DNA of 63,812 nucleotides, the filler included, from Octopus bimaculoides (lineage: Eukaryota), in assembly GCF_001194135.2 (NCBI RefSeq). It is 5 parts of 5 records of this genome, joined end to end, with 100 filler letters (N's around TTAATTAATTAA, not from the genome) between each part and the next. Parts side by side here need not be neighbours in the genome. Positions count along the whole stretch, not along the records: positions 35,065 to 47,363 come from NC_068988.1; positions 47,464 to 60,877 come from NC_068994.1; 3 more parts are not named here. The stretch is one strand, 5' to 3'. The stretch's first letter is position 1, and each line of letters starts with the position of its first letter. Positions 37,552 through 49,440 of this stretch are shown one piece after another. The translations under genes and the position numbers were made by a program. The notes under the pieces were generated by a model, which was given only the letters and a program-made list of their open reading frames with translations, ran no database searches and was not told where the DNA came from.

Positions 37552-37685
37552 NNNNNNNNNNNNNNNNNNNNNNNNNNNNNNNNNNNNNNNNNNNNNNNNN
37601 NNNNNNNNNNNNNNNNNNNNNNNNNNNNNNNNNNNNNNNNNNNNNNNNNATATAAATTTAATGAATGGAGTAAAATGCATATTTT

Positions 37686-37790
37686 AACTGCATAGTTTTA
37701 TTTCCAACATATGTTTCGAAGATTACAAATTATACCTTCCATAGGAATCGGCGATGTTAAAAATGTAATCTTCTCTTCAGGGAAATGCAT
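37686..37790 (-). ncRNA. Type I hammerhead ribozyme (Penelope-type, palindromic stem III)
   Basis: Minus strand: AUGCAUUUCC-CUGAAGA-GAAGAUUACA(36 nt)UGUAAUCUUC-GAAA-CAUAUG-UU-GGAAAU-AAAACU-AUGCA. All conserved core nucleotides are present, with a 10-bp stem II, a 6-bp stem I plus distal extension and a GUU cleavage triplet. Confidence 0.8.
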
Positions 37791-38010
37791 GGGAACCACC
37801 TTAAACGTAAGACATTTAAACCGAATGTGAGAACTATAGTTGGAGAAGGTTATAACGTAATTTATTTGAAAAAGCCGTTGGAGGTTGGGACGCTACCAGA
37901 TAGTACGTTGGACAAGAAGGGAAGAAAAGAAGGAAAGAAAAAAGGAAAAAAGAAAGAAAATTCAGAGTGTAAAGTTGGGAGATAATAAGATGATATATAT
38001 ATATATATAT

Positions 38011-40620
38011 AACATCAGGAGTACCTCAACATCAAACAGAGAAAGGAAAAATCACTACCCGCAGGATAGACAATGCAACCTCCCCGCCATAAGAAATTAC
38101 CAACGAAATTTTCGTTGCAACAATCTACTAAACAATCACGCACAACAAACCCGTATCACACGTAATTACTACTAACGACAGCCCCCTAAAGAACCACATC
38201 CGAACATGGTATATAGGAATACACCTTTCAATACCCTTCCAAGAATCTGCACCATAAATCACAACAGGGTATTTCACAACAACAGGAAACAACAACATAA
38301 CAGCTACCGTCCCAATCACCGCAATCATTTTTTAGACCCAATACGCAAACGCAGAGATACGAGATAGCACCAGACAGACAGGAGGAACCAAAAGTGATAA
38401 AAATCATCAATCTAATTCCCAAAGAACTAACAGCAAACCAAATTAACATACTCTTCAAAGGGCTCAAGTTTACACCCCCGCTAACGCCCCAACTACAACG
38501 AAATAAAAGATGTCGCAGAATTCTGTAGAAAATTACGACTTGTTGCGGAACTATACGACAAATACAACGAGGACGAATCGTTAGTTCAAAATAGAAGTAA
38601 CTAGAGAACAAAATTCTTGACCACCTCTGTGAATACATCACGAATTACCCATATCAACATATACACAAACAAAAACACAAGCCAAACTTCAGCAAAAACG
38701 AATGGGCAGAGCAAACAAATTAAAAGATGATAAAACAATAACAATCAAAGAAACTGATAAAGGGAGTGCAGTTGTCTTAATGGACACGGTATACTATAGA
38801 ACTCTAGTACTATCCATATTAGAAGACACAACATATTATGAAAAAGCCCAACACTATAGTCAGCAGAAAATAATGAGAAATCTAAAACCCATGTTAAACC
38901 TAGACAGAGAAGGTCTCACCGACAAGGAATACGTTTATATGACCAATTTCAAAAGTAAATCCAGTCAGTTCTACGGTATCCCTAAGATACACAAAAGTGA
39001 GAAAATAAGTAACGCATGCAGGATAGTCACAGACATAATAATCAAGGTACCTACTCCTAATAACCTCAAATTGAGATCAATAATAGTAGGTCCCGCATGC
39101 GAAACCCACCGCCTCAGTAACTTTTTAGATACCCTCTTAAAACCATTCCTCAAGCATATCAAAAGTTACATAAGGGACGACCTAGATATGTTCAGTCACC
39201 TCCCCAAAACAATAAACAAAAACACCCTACTAGTATCCTTCGATGTGGTCAACCTCTATTTCAATATCCTTCACAGTCTAGGAATAGAGGCATTCAATTC
39301 TGGCTAGAGAATTACTCCAATGAACTCCCACATCGCATCAAAAAAGCATTCGTGATAGAAGGGATAAAATTTATCTTGGAGAATAACTACTTCGTCTTCA
39401 AAAGACAACTTCTATCGACAAAAATCGGGGACTGTGATGGGTACGAGAATGGCCCCCTTCTTTGCTAACCTAGTCATGAGATATCTAGAAATCAGTCTTT
39501 ATCGTAAGGTACTAGAAAAATATGGCAACCGACTCTCCCTCTACGTAGAACATAATTGGAAGAAGTATCTGGATAACTGTTTCATTCTTTGGCATGAAAG
39601 TATAGAGAGACTTAAAGAATTTCAAGCATTTATAAATGAACTTGACGTAAACATTCAATTTACGATGGAATATAGCCATCAACAACTTCCATTCCTCGAC
39701 ATCCTCATTAAGAAATCTAACAACGAAATAGAAACAGATATATACTATAAGCCCACGGACTCCAAACAATATCTACCGTTCAACTCATGCCACCCCAGAA
39801 ACATTAGAATGAATATTCCTTTCAACCCAGCAAAAAGGATTTGTACTATAGTTACTAATACAGGCACCAGGGACACACGACTACATGAACTAAAGGATAT
39901 ACTCATTACCAGGAACTACCCACCATCACTGATTGTTATAGGCTTTCAATGTGCCCTACAACTCAACATCCACGAGCTCAGGCATCCCAAATTAAAGAAG
40001 GACTTACAACCAAAAGCCCTACCATACATCTCCACACAAAGCCCTCTTAACAATGAAGCCTTCGACACCATCCTCCAGAACATTCTCCTACTAAAAAGTG
40101 ACCACATCATAAAGAGAAAATGACAACTCAAATCTATGAGTAGTCTCCTAACACAAGCCCAAGTACGCTCGACAACAACACTGAAGCCGTCAGTAAAAAA
40201 ATGAAGAAGACCTAATTGTGGTATATGCGTCAACCTGATTGAGGTATCGGAGTTCTCTTTCAAACAGGGTCAACATTTTACAGTAAAAGGCAACTTCACA
40301 TGTGCTTCGGAGAACCTGATATATGTATTAACTTGCTCTGGGTGTCGAGAGCAATACATATGCCAAACCAAAAACAGTCTACGTCAAAAGATGGTTCTAC
40401 ATAGATCCCAGATCAAAATGCAAGAATACAGAAAAATAGCATTCAGCGAACACATCGACATTTGCACCATTAACAAACAATCCAGCTTCAGCATTTTCCC
40501 ACCTCTATAAATTCAGAGACGATGCAACCTGTAGTTAGCGCATTAGCAAAGAGTCATATTTTATCACAAAATATAAACCTCTTTTGAATGTGTCCACCAC
40601 AAGTAACACTATTACAAGGG
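38011..40620 (+). mobile_element. Penelope-like element (RT + GIY-YIG), near full length, frameshifted
   Basis: LFKGLKFTP; IKETDKGSAVV; FYGIPKIHK; LRSIIVG; LVSFDVVNLY; GTVMGTRMAP; KKYLDNCF; LPFLDI; DIYYKPT...SCHP; linker CGIC...FTC; ENLIYVLTCSGCREQYICQTKNSLRQ. Confidence 0.92.
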
Positions 40621-40797
40621 CCTTAGAATAATACTCACGCAAATATTTAATACGATGTATTCAGAACAGTCACTACCCATGAATTCATTCAGAACAATTT
40701 CAGTCATTACTATTACAACCACAACAGGCCACTTTTAGGTCATTTGACCATTTAAGAATATTCCACCAACATCCTACTACTATCATACCACTCCCAC

Positions 40798-40912
40798 ATT
40801 CTTCTTCTTCTTCTTCTTCTTCTTCTTCTTCTTCTTCTTCTTCTTCTTCTTCTTCTTCTTCTTCTTCTTCTTCTTCTTCTTCTTCTTCTTCTTCTTCTTC
40901 TTCTTCTTCTTT
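40798..40912. repeat. (TTC)n microsatellite
   Basis: Direct reading. Confidence 0.95.
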
Positions 40913-41044
40913 CTCAGCTACTGGCAATACACCTCTAGCCTTGTGTTTTTAGAGCTTTTAAGGTGGTTTTAGCTCCATTTGGCATTTATTTTCAGCGCGT
41001 GGAGAGGCGTATTGACAATCCTGTGTTATTGTTATGTCAACAAT

Positions 41045-41435
41045 ATGCAAAACATACCCCTTCAGAAAGACCACGTGTGTAGAGAAGAACTGTGTAGTGT
41101 GTAAATATAGCCCTGGTGTCAACTGCAAAACCAGAAATGTAGTTTACTGAATAAACTGCATGGATGATGATTGTAAAAACCGGAAAACTGCATACACAGG
41201 TGAAACGACGAGAAGTTTGACTGAGCATATAAATGGACATTGGCAGGAGTACAGGGATCAAAGACAAACCTCGATACTCTACAAGCATGCCAAAGAACAA
41301 CATGGTGGTGTGCTGAACCGGATTAGCATAGAACTCCTGTCTAGATATCCGGACGATGCATCGCTACGACAGATACCAGAGTCAGTTTTCATAAACGATA
41401 CACGAGCGGTTTTAAATAGTAAATACTCTCATTAA
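41045..41435 (+). mobile_element. GIY-YIG endonuclease with Cys-rich linker from a second Penelope-like family
   Basis: One frame with one stop: HVCREELCSVCKYSPGVNCKTRNVVY*INCMDDDCKNRKTAYTGETTRSLTEHINGH...LRQIPESVFI...LNSK. Confidence 0.8.
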
Positions 41436-42514
41436 GCACACGCCTTACAAAGACCCATGGACGCACACACACACATTCACACATACGCACACACACGAAC
41501 GGACACACACATACACATACACACACATGCAAAGACAAACAAGGATACAGACATGCCCTGATGCCAACACGGTCACACATGTATGCGCATACACACACAC
41601 ACGGAAACATGCATACAGAAGTACACATGTACACACAGGATCTCATACACATGAACGCACACACAAACACACACATGCGGACACACACACATAAAGACAT
41701 ACTGAGACCCAGACACACGCTCACACACACGTACACGCAAGCACAGACACACATGCCCTCCCATACACACATAGATACTCACGCACGCATACGCATAGAT
41801 AGATATCAACTTATTCAACATTTATCAAAGAAGACAGTTTAACTATCTTTGAGAGAAACATCATATGGATGAACGTGTGCGTTTGCGAAGAAAACAAAGA
41901 GGAAACCCAAACCGTTATCTTATGCCCCCCCCCGCTCTCTCTCTCTCTCTCTCTCTCGCTATCTATCTATCTATATATATCTATCTACCTATCTCCATTG
42001 TCCTGGAACCTCACTCCAAAAAAGCAAAAATGACAAAAACAATGTTTTCTTCTAAACAGGACAAAAAAAAAAAAAACACGTTTTATATAAATGAACAACC
42101 TGTTTGAAAATTCCAAAAGTCCGAAAAACGAACGAAAGCGCTAATAATGAATAAATAAAAAAAAATTTTTCCCAAATTCTGGCGACCTCCTTTTTAAAGA
42201 TTTTTCTCAATATACAATATCTGCATACCACTTCTAACATTATATATATATATATATATATACATACAGGCAGGGTGCGACAGAAGTAACACTCCTTTTG
42301 TATTTAATGACTTTTGTAGTATATGAACGTTTATTAAGTAATTTTTTATTGATCATAAATTTATTGAATTACTTAAAGAAACGAATAATATACTAACGGG
42401 GGTTATTCTTCCGACGGATGTATGTATGTATGTATGTATGTGTGTGTGTATGTGTGTGTGTGTATGTGTGTGTGTGCATGGACGTGTGTTGTACGTATAA
42501 AGAGTTTCTTTTCA

Positions 42515-42660
42515 TTTAAGATTCCGTCTATCAAATCCAGTCAAAAGTTTTGTTCGGCCCGAGGTTAAAGTAAAAGCCACTTGCTCAAGGTGCCGCTTAG
42601 TGGGCCTGAACCTAAGACCATATGGTTGGGAAACTAGCTTTTAAACCACACAGCTACACT
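42515..42660 (-). mobile_element. SINE family B head/core
   Basis: ttccgtctatcaaatcc...cggcccgagg...caaggtgccgcttagtgggcctgaacc...ccacacagc. Confidence 0.8.
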
Positions 42661-43829
42661 TGAACCTAGTTTTTATGCTTTGTGTAAACGTTTCATGTTA
42701 AGTTCGCCTGTTATTTTATATCTGATCTTCGATACGCGACGAAGTAAAAAAGACTTCAGAACCAATGTTGTAGGTATGCAAAAGGATGGGATTTGCTATG
42801 GTTAGAACACCTTTGACCATAAGGTCGCAGAATCAGGTTGACATGGTATAATTAATAACACATAAGGGTTAAAATAAATCGAATATGCCGTTTCCTGTTG
42901 AAGAATAGAATTGACCTTGTGTCTAGACAAAGAAAATCGATACACCACCAAGTGGAAGTATATGGATTATTGGTGGAATCAGTAGAGTGGTATTTAGTTA
43001 ACTTCCTTTTATGATATGAGATCTCATTCTGATTCCGCAAAGGTTAAATTTACCTTCTGTGGGCGATAAAGTATTGTACTAATTTAATATTAGATTCGAT
43101 TGAATCGACTTAACCCAGTCCCCACCAGCGGATATGGTTATGTTCTTAAGCTCAAACTCAACACGTTGCATGGAGATTATTTGAAGAAGGACATTGGTAT
43201 GATGAGTAGGAAGAAAGAGAAAGGAGTGGGAAAGAAAAAGAAGGTGCAGAATATAGAGAAGAATGGATTTTCAAAAATAATTTTAGAGAAGAATGGATTT
43301 TAAAAAAGGATTTTTAAAAAATAATTTCTGAAAAGATACTTGATAAGGAACCGCTTGAAATAATTTGTAAAAAGATTGAATTTAATATGAAAATTGAAGC
43401 GGATAAGATTCAGTTGAAAAATAATAATATTTAAAACGAATGAGTTTTTTGAATTGAATTTTTTTTTCACTTTGAAGAAAAGTATTGGATTAACAAATGA
43501 AGAAAGAATGAACTTGAGAAAGAAGAAAAAACGAAATTTCTAAACTTTTTCTCTTTGTGTTTTCAGTGAACTTGTAAAGATAATCGCTCTTTTTATTATT
43601 TTACTTCAAAGCCACATCGCTTAGTTACATTTGCATCTGCTCTGATTTGGAAGACAGACAGACGACGGCGACAACAACAACAGCAGCAGCAATATCAACA
43701 ACAACAACAACAACCGCTATAACAGTCTCAACAACAACTCGTATAGCAATAACAGCAGCTATTACTCTTCTAAAAAGTAATAATAATAATAATGATAATA
43801 ATAATGATAACAATGATAATTAGTAATAA

Positions 43830-45075
43830 TAATCAAGACGACACAGAAAAGGACCAACCATGTCAATAGACCTCCTTAGTGGAAAGCAGCAAAACACAAA
43901 GAAATCGAATTTTTGCGGGCGGATGTTTCAGTTCGTAATGAACTTGCTGGAGGAGTAAATGTTAAGACGAAACAAATTTGAAAAATCAAGCAAAAGTATA
44001 AAATCAAAGATTTTATAAACCTCCCTGTAACCAAGGAAATAGTGAAACAACGAGTACAACTGAAAGCCCAACGGCTCAGAAGGTATGACAAAAGAATCAA
44101 ACAAAACAAAGTATTCAAGACGGATGCAAAGAAATTTTATAGGGAAATTGGCAAACGCAAGATAGAAGTAAAAGAGCCACCTAAGATTGAGGAAATGGAC
44201 GAGTTCTGGAAGAAGACATGGAACAACTAAAATGAATATAATGCTGAAATTCACTGGATAGAACGTGAGAAAGCGAGATTGGAGAAATGGGAGGCAATAG
44301 GAGTAGAAGAGCTAAGAAGTGTTCTTAGAAAGTCTTACAAATGAAAAACACCAGAACTAGACCAGATCCCTAAATTCTTATTGAATTGTTTGACAGAAGT
44401 ACACCAACATTTTGCTGCATCCTTAACTGATGTCATCCAGAATCCAGAGCAAATACATACCTGGCTGACCGAAGGAACAACATAGCTTCTACCAAAAACT
44501 GAAGACACGAAAAATCCAAAGAACTGTTGACCAATAACATGTCTCAACACCACGTACAAGATCCTCACATCGATACTAACCGAATGAATGTACAATTTCC
44601 TTGAACAAATCTCTATCCTTCTACAAGCTCAAAAAGTTTGTAAAAGGAATTACTATGGATGCAAAGATCAATAACTCATAAATAAAATGATTGTAGAGAA
44701 ATGCCGGAGCAAAAAGAACCTGAGCATGGCCTGGATAGATTACAGGAAAGCGTTTGATAGTGTCCCACATAATTGGCTACTCAAGGCCCTTGAGATATAT
44801 AAGATCTCTCCTGTCGTCTCCAAATTCTTACAAGGTAGTATTGGCCTTGATAATTGTTCTAAAGCAACTTTTGTAACAGGCGAGCTCAAACAAACAGCTT
44901 CCATTAAATTAGATACCGACACTTTCAATACAGTAACAATAAGAGCATCACAACAAACCACAGCACATACCCAAGTCACACAGAGCTGCGCTCGGTAGTG
45001 CAGTGAAAGCACATGATGAAAATAAGACTACTGAATAATAATAATAATGATAATAATAATAATAATAATAATGAC
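43830..45075 (+). mobile_element. R4/Dong-like element with two internal deletions and (TAA)n tail
   Basis: KQRVQLKAQRLRRY...FKTDAKKFYRE; NLSMAWIDYRKAFDSVPHNWL; then a jump to (F)GLDNCSKATF; then a jump to the ORF end and 3' UTR matching 3826-3925; TAA repeats on both sides. Confidence 0.88.
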
Positions 45076-45083
45076 AATAACGA

Positions 45084-45276
45084 TTTCTTTTATTGGACAC
45101 TAGGGCCCAATACACAGAGGACAATATCAAAGGACTGGTTACCGCACACAAAAACAAAACAAAAACAAAAATCTCACCAGCTTTTGTATTTTTTGGTTTT
45201 GTTTTGTTTAGTGTGTGGTAACCCGTCCATCGATTCTGTCCTCCATGTCTTGAGCCATTGCGGTCAATAAAAGAAA
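45084..45276. repeat. About 190-bp imperfect palindrome (MITE-like)
   Basis: TTTCTTTTATTG versus CAATAAAAGAAA ends; GGTTACCGCACAC-AAAAACAAAAC versus GTTTTGTTTAGTGTGTGGTAACC; about 10-nt centre. Confidence 0.75.
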
Positions 45277-45469
45277 CATGGAAGTAGGTTAGAACGTTAA
45301 AACTTAGTGCATATGCTCGGAAGAGTTCTAGGCCAATCTGTATCAAGCGGCTTCACTCTGCGTGCTGTAGCTTCATTACTATGGCAACAGTCCGGATACT
45401 TATTGATCAGACCACGTATGACATACATACATAATACATACATAAATACATACATGCACACACATACAT

Positions 45470-45800
45470 CTCTTGTTTCAGTTATTGGACTGTGGGCATG
45501 TTGAGGCACCGGCTTGAGGGTTTTTGTCGAAGAAATAAACCCCAGTACTTATTCTTTGTAGAGCCTGTACTTTAGTTTCATTTACGAAATAGCTAAGTTA
45601 CGGTGACATAAACAAGCTAACACCGGTTGTCTCCCTCTCTCTCCCTCTCTCTCTGTTACACACACACACACAACAGTCTTCTTTCAGTTTCTGTCCATAA
45701 TAAACCATACACAAGGCTTTGGTCAACCGGGGACTTCAGAAGAAGACACTTTTCCAAGGTTCCACTCAATGGGACTGAACCCAGAACTATGTGGCTGATG
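45470..45800 (-). mobile_element. SINE family B, degenerate
   Basis: ttgtttcagttattggactg...ccccagtacttattc...cttctttcagtttc...caaggctttggtc...gggactgaaccc. Confidence 0.8.
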
Positions 45801-45829
45801 TATTCCACACGCACAAACACCCGCACAAA

Positions 45830-45894
<65 letters not shown>

Positions 45895-45914
45895 GCATAG
45901 GTGTGTGTGTGCAT

Positions 45915-45915
45915 A

Positions 45916-45999
<84 letters not shown>

Positions 46000-46049
46000 C
46001 AATCATCAGGTTATCCATCCATCCACCCATCCATCCATTCCATCCAACC

Positions 46050-46132
<83 letters not shown>

Positions 46133-46140
46133 AACCTATC
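45915..46140. repeat. (TCTA)n/(TCCA)n microsatellite
   Basis: Direct reading. Confidence 0.95.
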
Positions 46141-46561
46141 TCTATGTATGCATCTATGTCATCTGAACTTTTTCTCAATAGAATGCTATTAACGTTGCCA
46201 AGCAACACTTCCATCTTCCTTTGAGTTCTCATTATTTTCTTGAATACATTAATGTAAATGAGTTACAACATGCTTGTTATTTTGCTATTAGCACACTGTT
46301 TCTTCTGAAAAATTTTGTTGTTCAAATACATTCCAGTTGGAATTATAACGTCTTTATTAATTCCAGGTATAGTACATTCAGGACAACACTATCCAAGTGT
46401 TTTCTCTACCTATTACTGTTTTCTTTTCACAAGACCGTAGGGCATAATTTGCGGAAGATTTCTCTGTTATTTATAACACATAGATTGGCCATATAAAAGC
46501 CTAGCTTTCATTGTTGGCTCATATAGCTTTTGTTGTTTAGTCTTAGATCAATCCTGAACTA

Positions 46562-46645
46562 GCATATCATATCATATCATATATCATATCATATCATATC
46601 ATACTATACCATATCATATCATATTATATCATATCATATAATATA

Positions 46646-46688
<43 letters not shown>

Positions 46689-46850
46689 GTATGTATGTAT
46701 GTATGTATGTATATATATACACATATATACACAGACACACAGACACACACACAGACACACACACAGACACACACACAGACACACAGACACACACACACAA
46801 ACACAGACACAGACACACATACAGACACACAGACACACAGACACACAGTT
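46562..46850. repeat. Compound (CATAT)n-(TA)n-(TATG)n-(CACAGA)n tract
   Basis: Direct reading. Confidence 0.9.
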
Positions 46851-47155
46851 AAAGAGATTCTATCCTACAATGCCGTGTTTCCATCGACCGATGTATGTTG
46901 GTGCAAAGAGGAAAAATAAAACTCAAAAATGGGTGTATGTATAGTTTCATTAATATTTAGCTGAAGTAAGAGAACGACTCAAGCTCCAAGAGTTTCGTGC
47001 GTGCCAACCCACGAAAGGGTACGAATTATATTCTTCATTACTGAATGATTTAATAGCGGTTTTTCTCTAAATTATATAAATATATTTTATATTTGGAAAT
47101 TTCATTTAGTTTTGCTAAACTGAATTTTTTTCCCTCTTGGATTTTATTCCCTAAA

Positions 47156-47227
<72 letters not shown>

Positions 47228-47363
47228 TTATGTTTGACTTTTGTTTTGCATTTGTACAAGTTGGATCCAAGTCTCACCCAGAGACCTCAAGAGACGACAA
47301 GTTAGAAGTTCATGTAGGTGTTATGCCTAGGGTACCATATATTTGGATTTGTACAGTTTTGTT

Positions 47364-47463
47364 NNNNNNNNNNNNNNNNNNNNNNNNNNNNNNNNNNNNN
47401 NNNNNNNTTAATTAATTAANNNNNNNNNNNNNNNNNNNNNNNNNNNNNNNNNNNNNNNNNNNN
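47364..47463. other. Assembly spacer 44N-TTAATTAATTAA-44N
   Basis: Same cassette as 22191. Confidence 0.95.
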
Positions 47464-48755
47464 AAATAAGAGGGGGCTGAGGACGGAACCTTGGTGGACC
47501 CCTACCTCTACCCAGAATTCATTGCTGTACTCATTTCCAACCCTCACCTTACTGGCAGTATCTCTGTACATGGCTCGCACAGCTCTCACTAACGATTCTT
47601 CTATCCCAAGTTTCCTCATTGACCACCAGATAAGGGATCGGGGGACCCTGTCAAAGGCTTTCTCCATGTCAACGAAAGCCAGGTACAGAGGTTTATCCTT
47701 AGCTAGGTATTTCTCCTGCAGCTGTCTCACTAGAAATAAGGCATCACTAGAAATAAGGCATCACTAGATTAAGAATAGCCTGGGCAAAGTTCAGAAAGCT
47801 CCTACCTCTACTGGTGACAAAGGGCCTCTTGCTTAGAGTGAAAGGTTACGATGCATCTGTGCAAACTGCCATACTTCACAGCAGTGAAACATGGGCCATG
47901 ACTGCTGAAGACATGCGTAGGCTTGAAAGAAATGAAGCTAGTATGATCCACTGGATGTGTAATGTCAGTGTGCACACACAACAGAGTGTAGAAATGTTGG
48001 ACATAAGAAGCATCAGATGTGGTGTGCAAGAGAGACGACTGCACTGGTATGGTCATGTGCTGCATATGGATGAGGAGAGCTGTGTGAAGAAGTGTCACAC
48101 ACTAACAGTGGAAGATACCTGTGGAAGAGGGAGACCCAGGAAGACATAGGATGAGGTAGTGAAGCATGACCTTTGAATATTGGGCCTCACAGAGGCAATG
48201 ACAAAAGACCGAGACCTCTGGAGATAAGCTGTGGTTGAGAAGACCCGGCAAGGAAAGTGAGATCATAGCCATAGCCTACACCAATGTTGCATAACCAACC
48301 CATTTAAAAAGTACCTTTGAATTGTCAGGCGATATTCCATGCTTGAGGAGACCTATTGAGTCAAGTAAATCAAAATCAAATCAAATCACAATTAAATGGA
48401 AATTGTAGTTGTGGCCATTACCAGGGCTGGTGGCATGCGAAAAGCACCATTCATTCATGCGTGGGTCGCTGCCCCAGAGCCGCCTGACTCCCCCTCCCCC
48501 CACACCGACTGGCTCCTGTGCTAGTGACATGCAAAAAGCACCATCTGAATGTGGCTGATGCCAGTGCTGCCTGACTGGCTTCCGTGCCAGTGACACATAA
48601 AAAGCACCCACTACACTCTCGGAGTGGTTGGTGTTAGGAAGCTGTAGAAACATGGCCAGATCAGATTGGAGCCTGGTGCAGCCTCCTGGTTTTCCAGTTA
48701 CCATTCAAACCGTCCAACCCATGCCAGCATGGAAAACGGATGTTAAATGATGATG
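47464..48755 (+). mobile_element. RTE-clade LINE copy with an inverted 5' segment (47464-~47761 on minus)
   Basis: Minus: RQLQEKYLAKDKPLYLAFVDMEKAFDRVPR...GVHQGSVLSPLLF; plus from ~47762: RIAWAKFRKLLPLL...LHSSETW...RLHWYGHV...RGRPRKT, 3' UTR homologous to 63296-63545, (GAT)n tail. Confidence 0.92.
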
Positions 48756-48894
48756 TTGAGATGAATGAGTTTATCATGAAAATGAAAAATATAGTGAGAT
48801 CAGAAGAAACATAAAAAAATACATATTACTGGACATAACAGTTTCAAACTTGTATTCAATATGTGATAATGTGCTTATGCATGCACAGATGATC

Positions 48895-49215
48895 GTAATG
48901 CCTGTCATCTACAAAATCGAATGTTAAAGGAATTCCATACTGGACATCCAGAGATTTCTATGATGGAATCACTTAATTATGTTTATTGGCAAAAAATGGA
49001 TCAAGATATTGAGAAGTTGGTAAAATCCTGCAGAGGTTGTGCTTTTGCAGTGAAATTACCATCTACAAAATTTCAACTTTGGCCCAAAACTGATATTCCA
49101 TGGACCAGGCTACACATAGACTTTGCAGGACCATTAAATGGATCATATTATCTAATATTGGTGGATAACTTTACAAAATGGCCAGAAATGTTATACGTAC
49201 TACATATTGCCAATT
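48895..49215 (+). mobile_element. Gypsy-type LTR integrase fragment (HHCC zinc finger + start of core)
   Basis: LKEFHTGHPEI...YVYWQKMDQDIEKLVKSCRGC...PWTRLHIDFAGPLNGSYYLILVDNFTKWPE. Confidence 0.88.
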
Positions 49216-49261
49216 GGATGCTCCAAATCATACAGGTAAGTTTGAAGACTGCTTTGCAAAG

Positions 49262-49440
49262 ATAGAAGTTCTCACCAAACTAGAAGAACACATATATATT
49301 CCTTTTGGGTGACTTTAACTTCCCCGATGAGGGCCAAATACTCTTAGGAATGACACATCACCAACAAGCAAAGGTGGAATCTCTGTTCCACCTTACCAAT
49401 GCTTCACTCATGGAGCAAATTGAGCAGCATCTGGATCACT
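49262..49440 (+). mobile_element. AP-endonuclease fragment of a CR1/Jockey-group LINE
   Basis: ILLGDFNFP motif after a frameshift (cttttgggtgactttaacttcccc). Confidence 0.5.
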
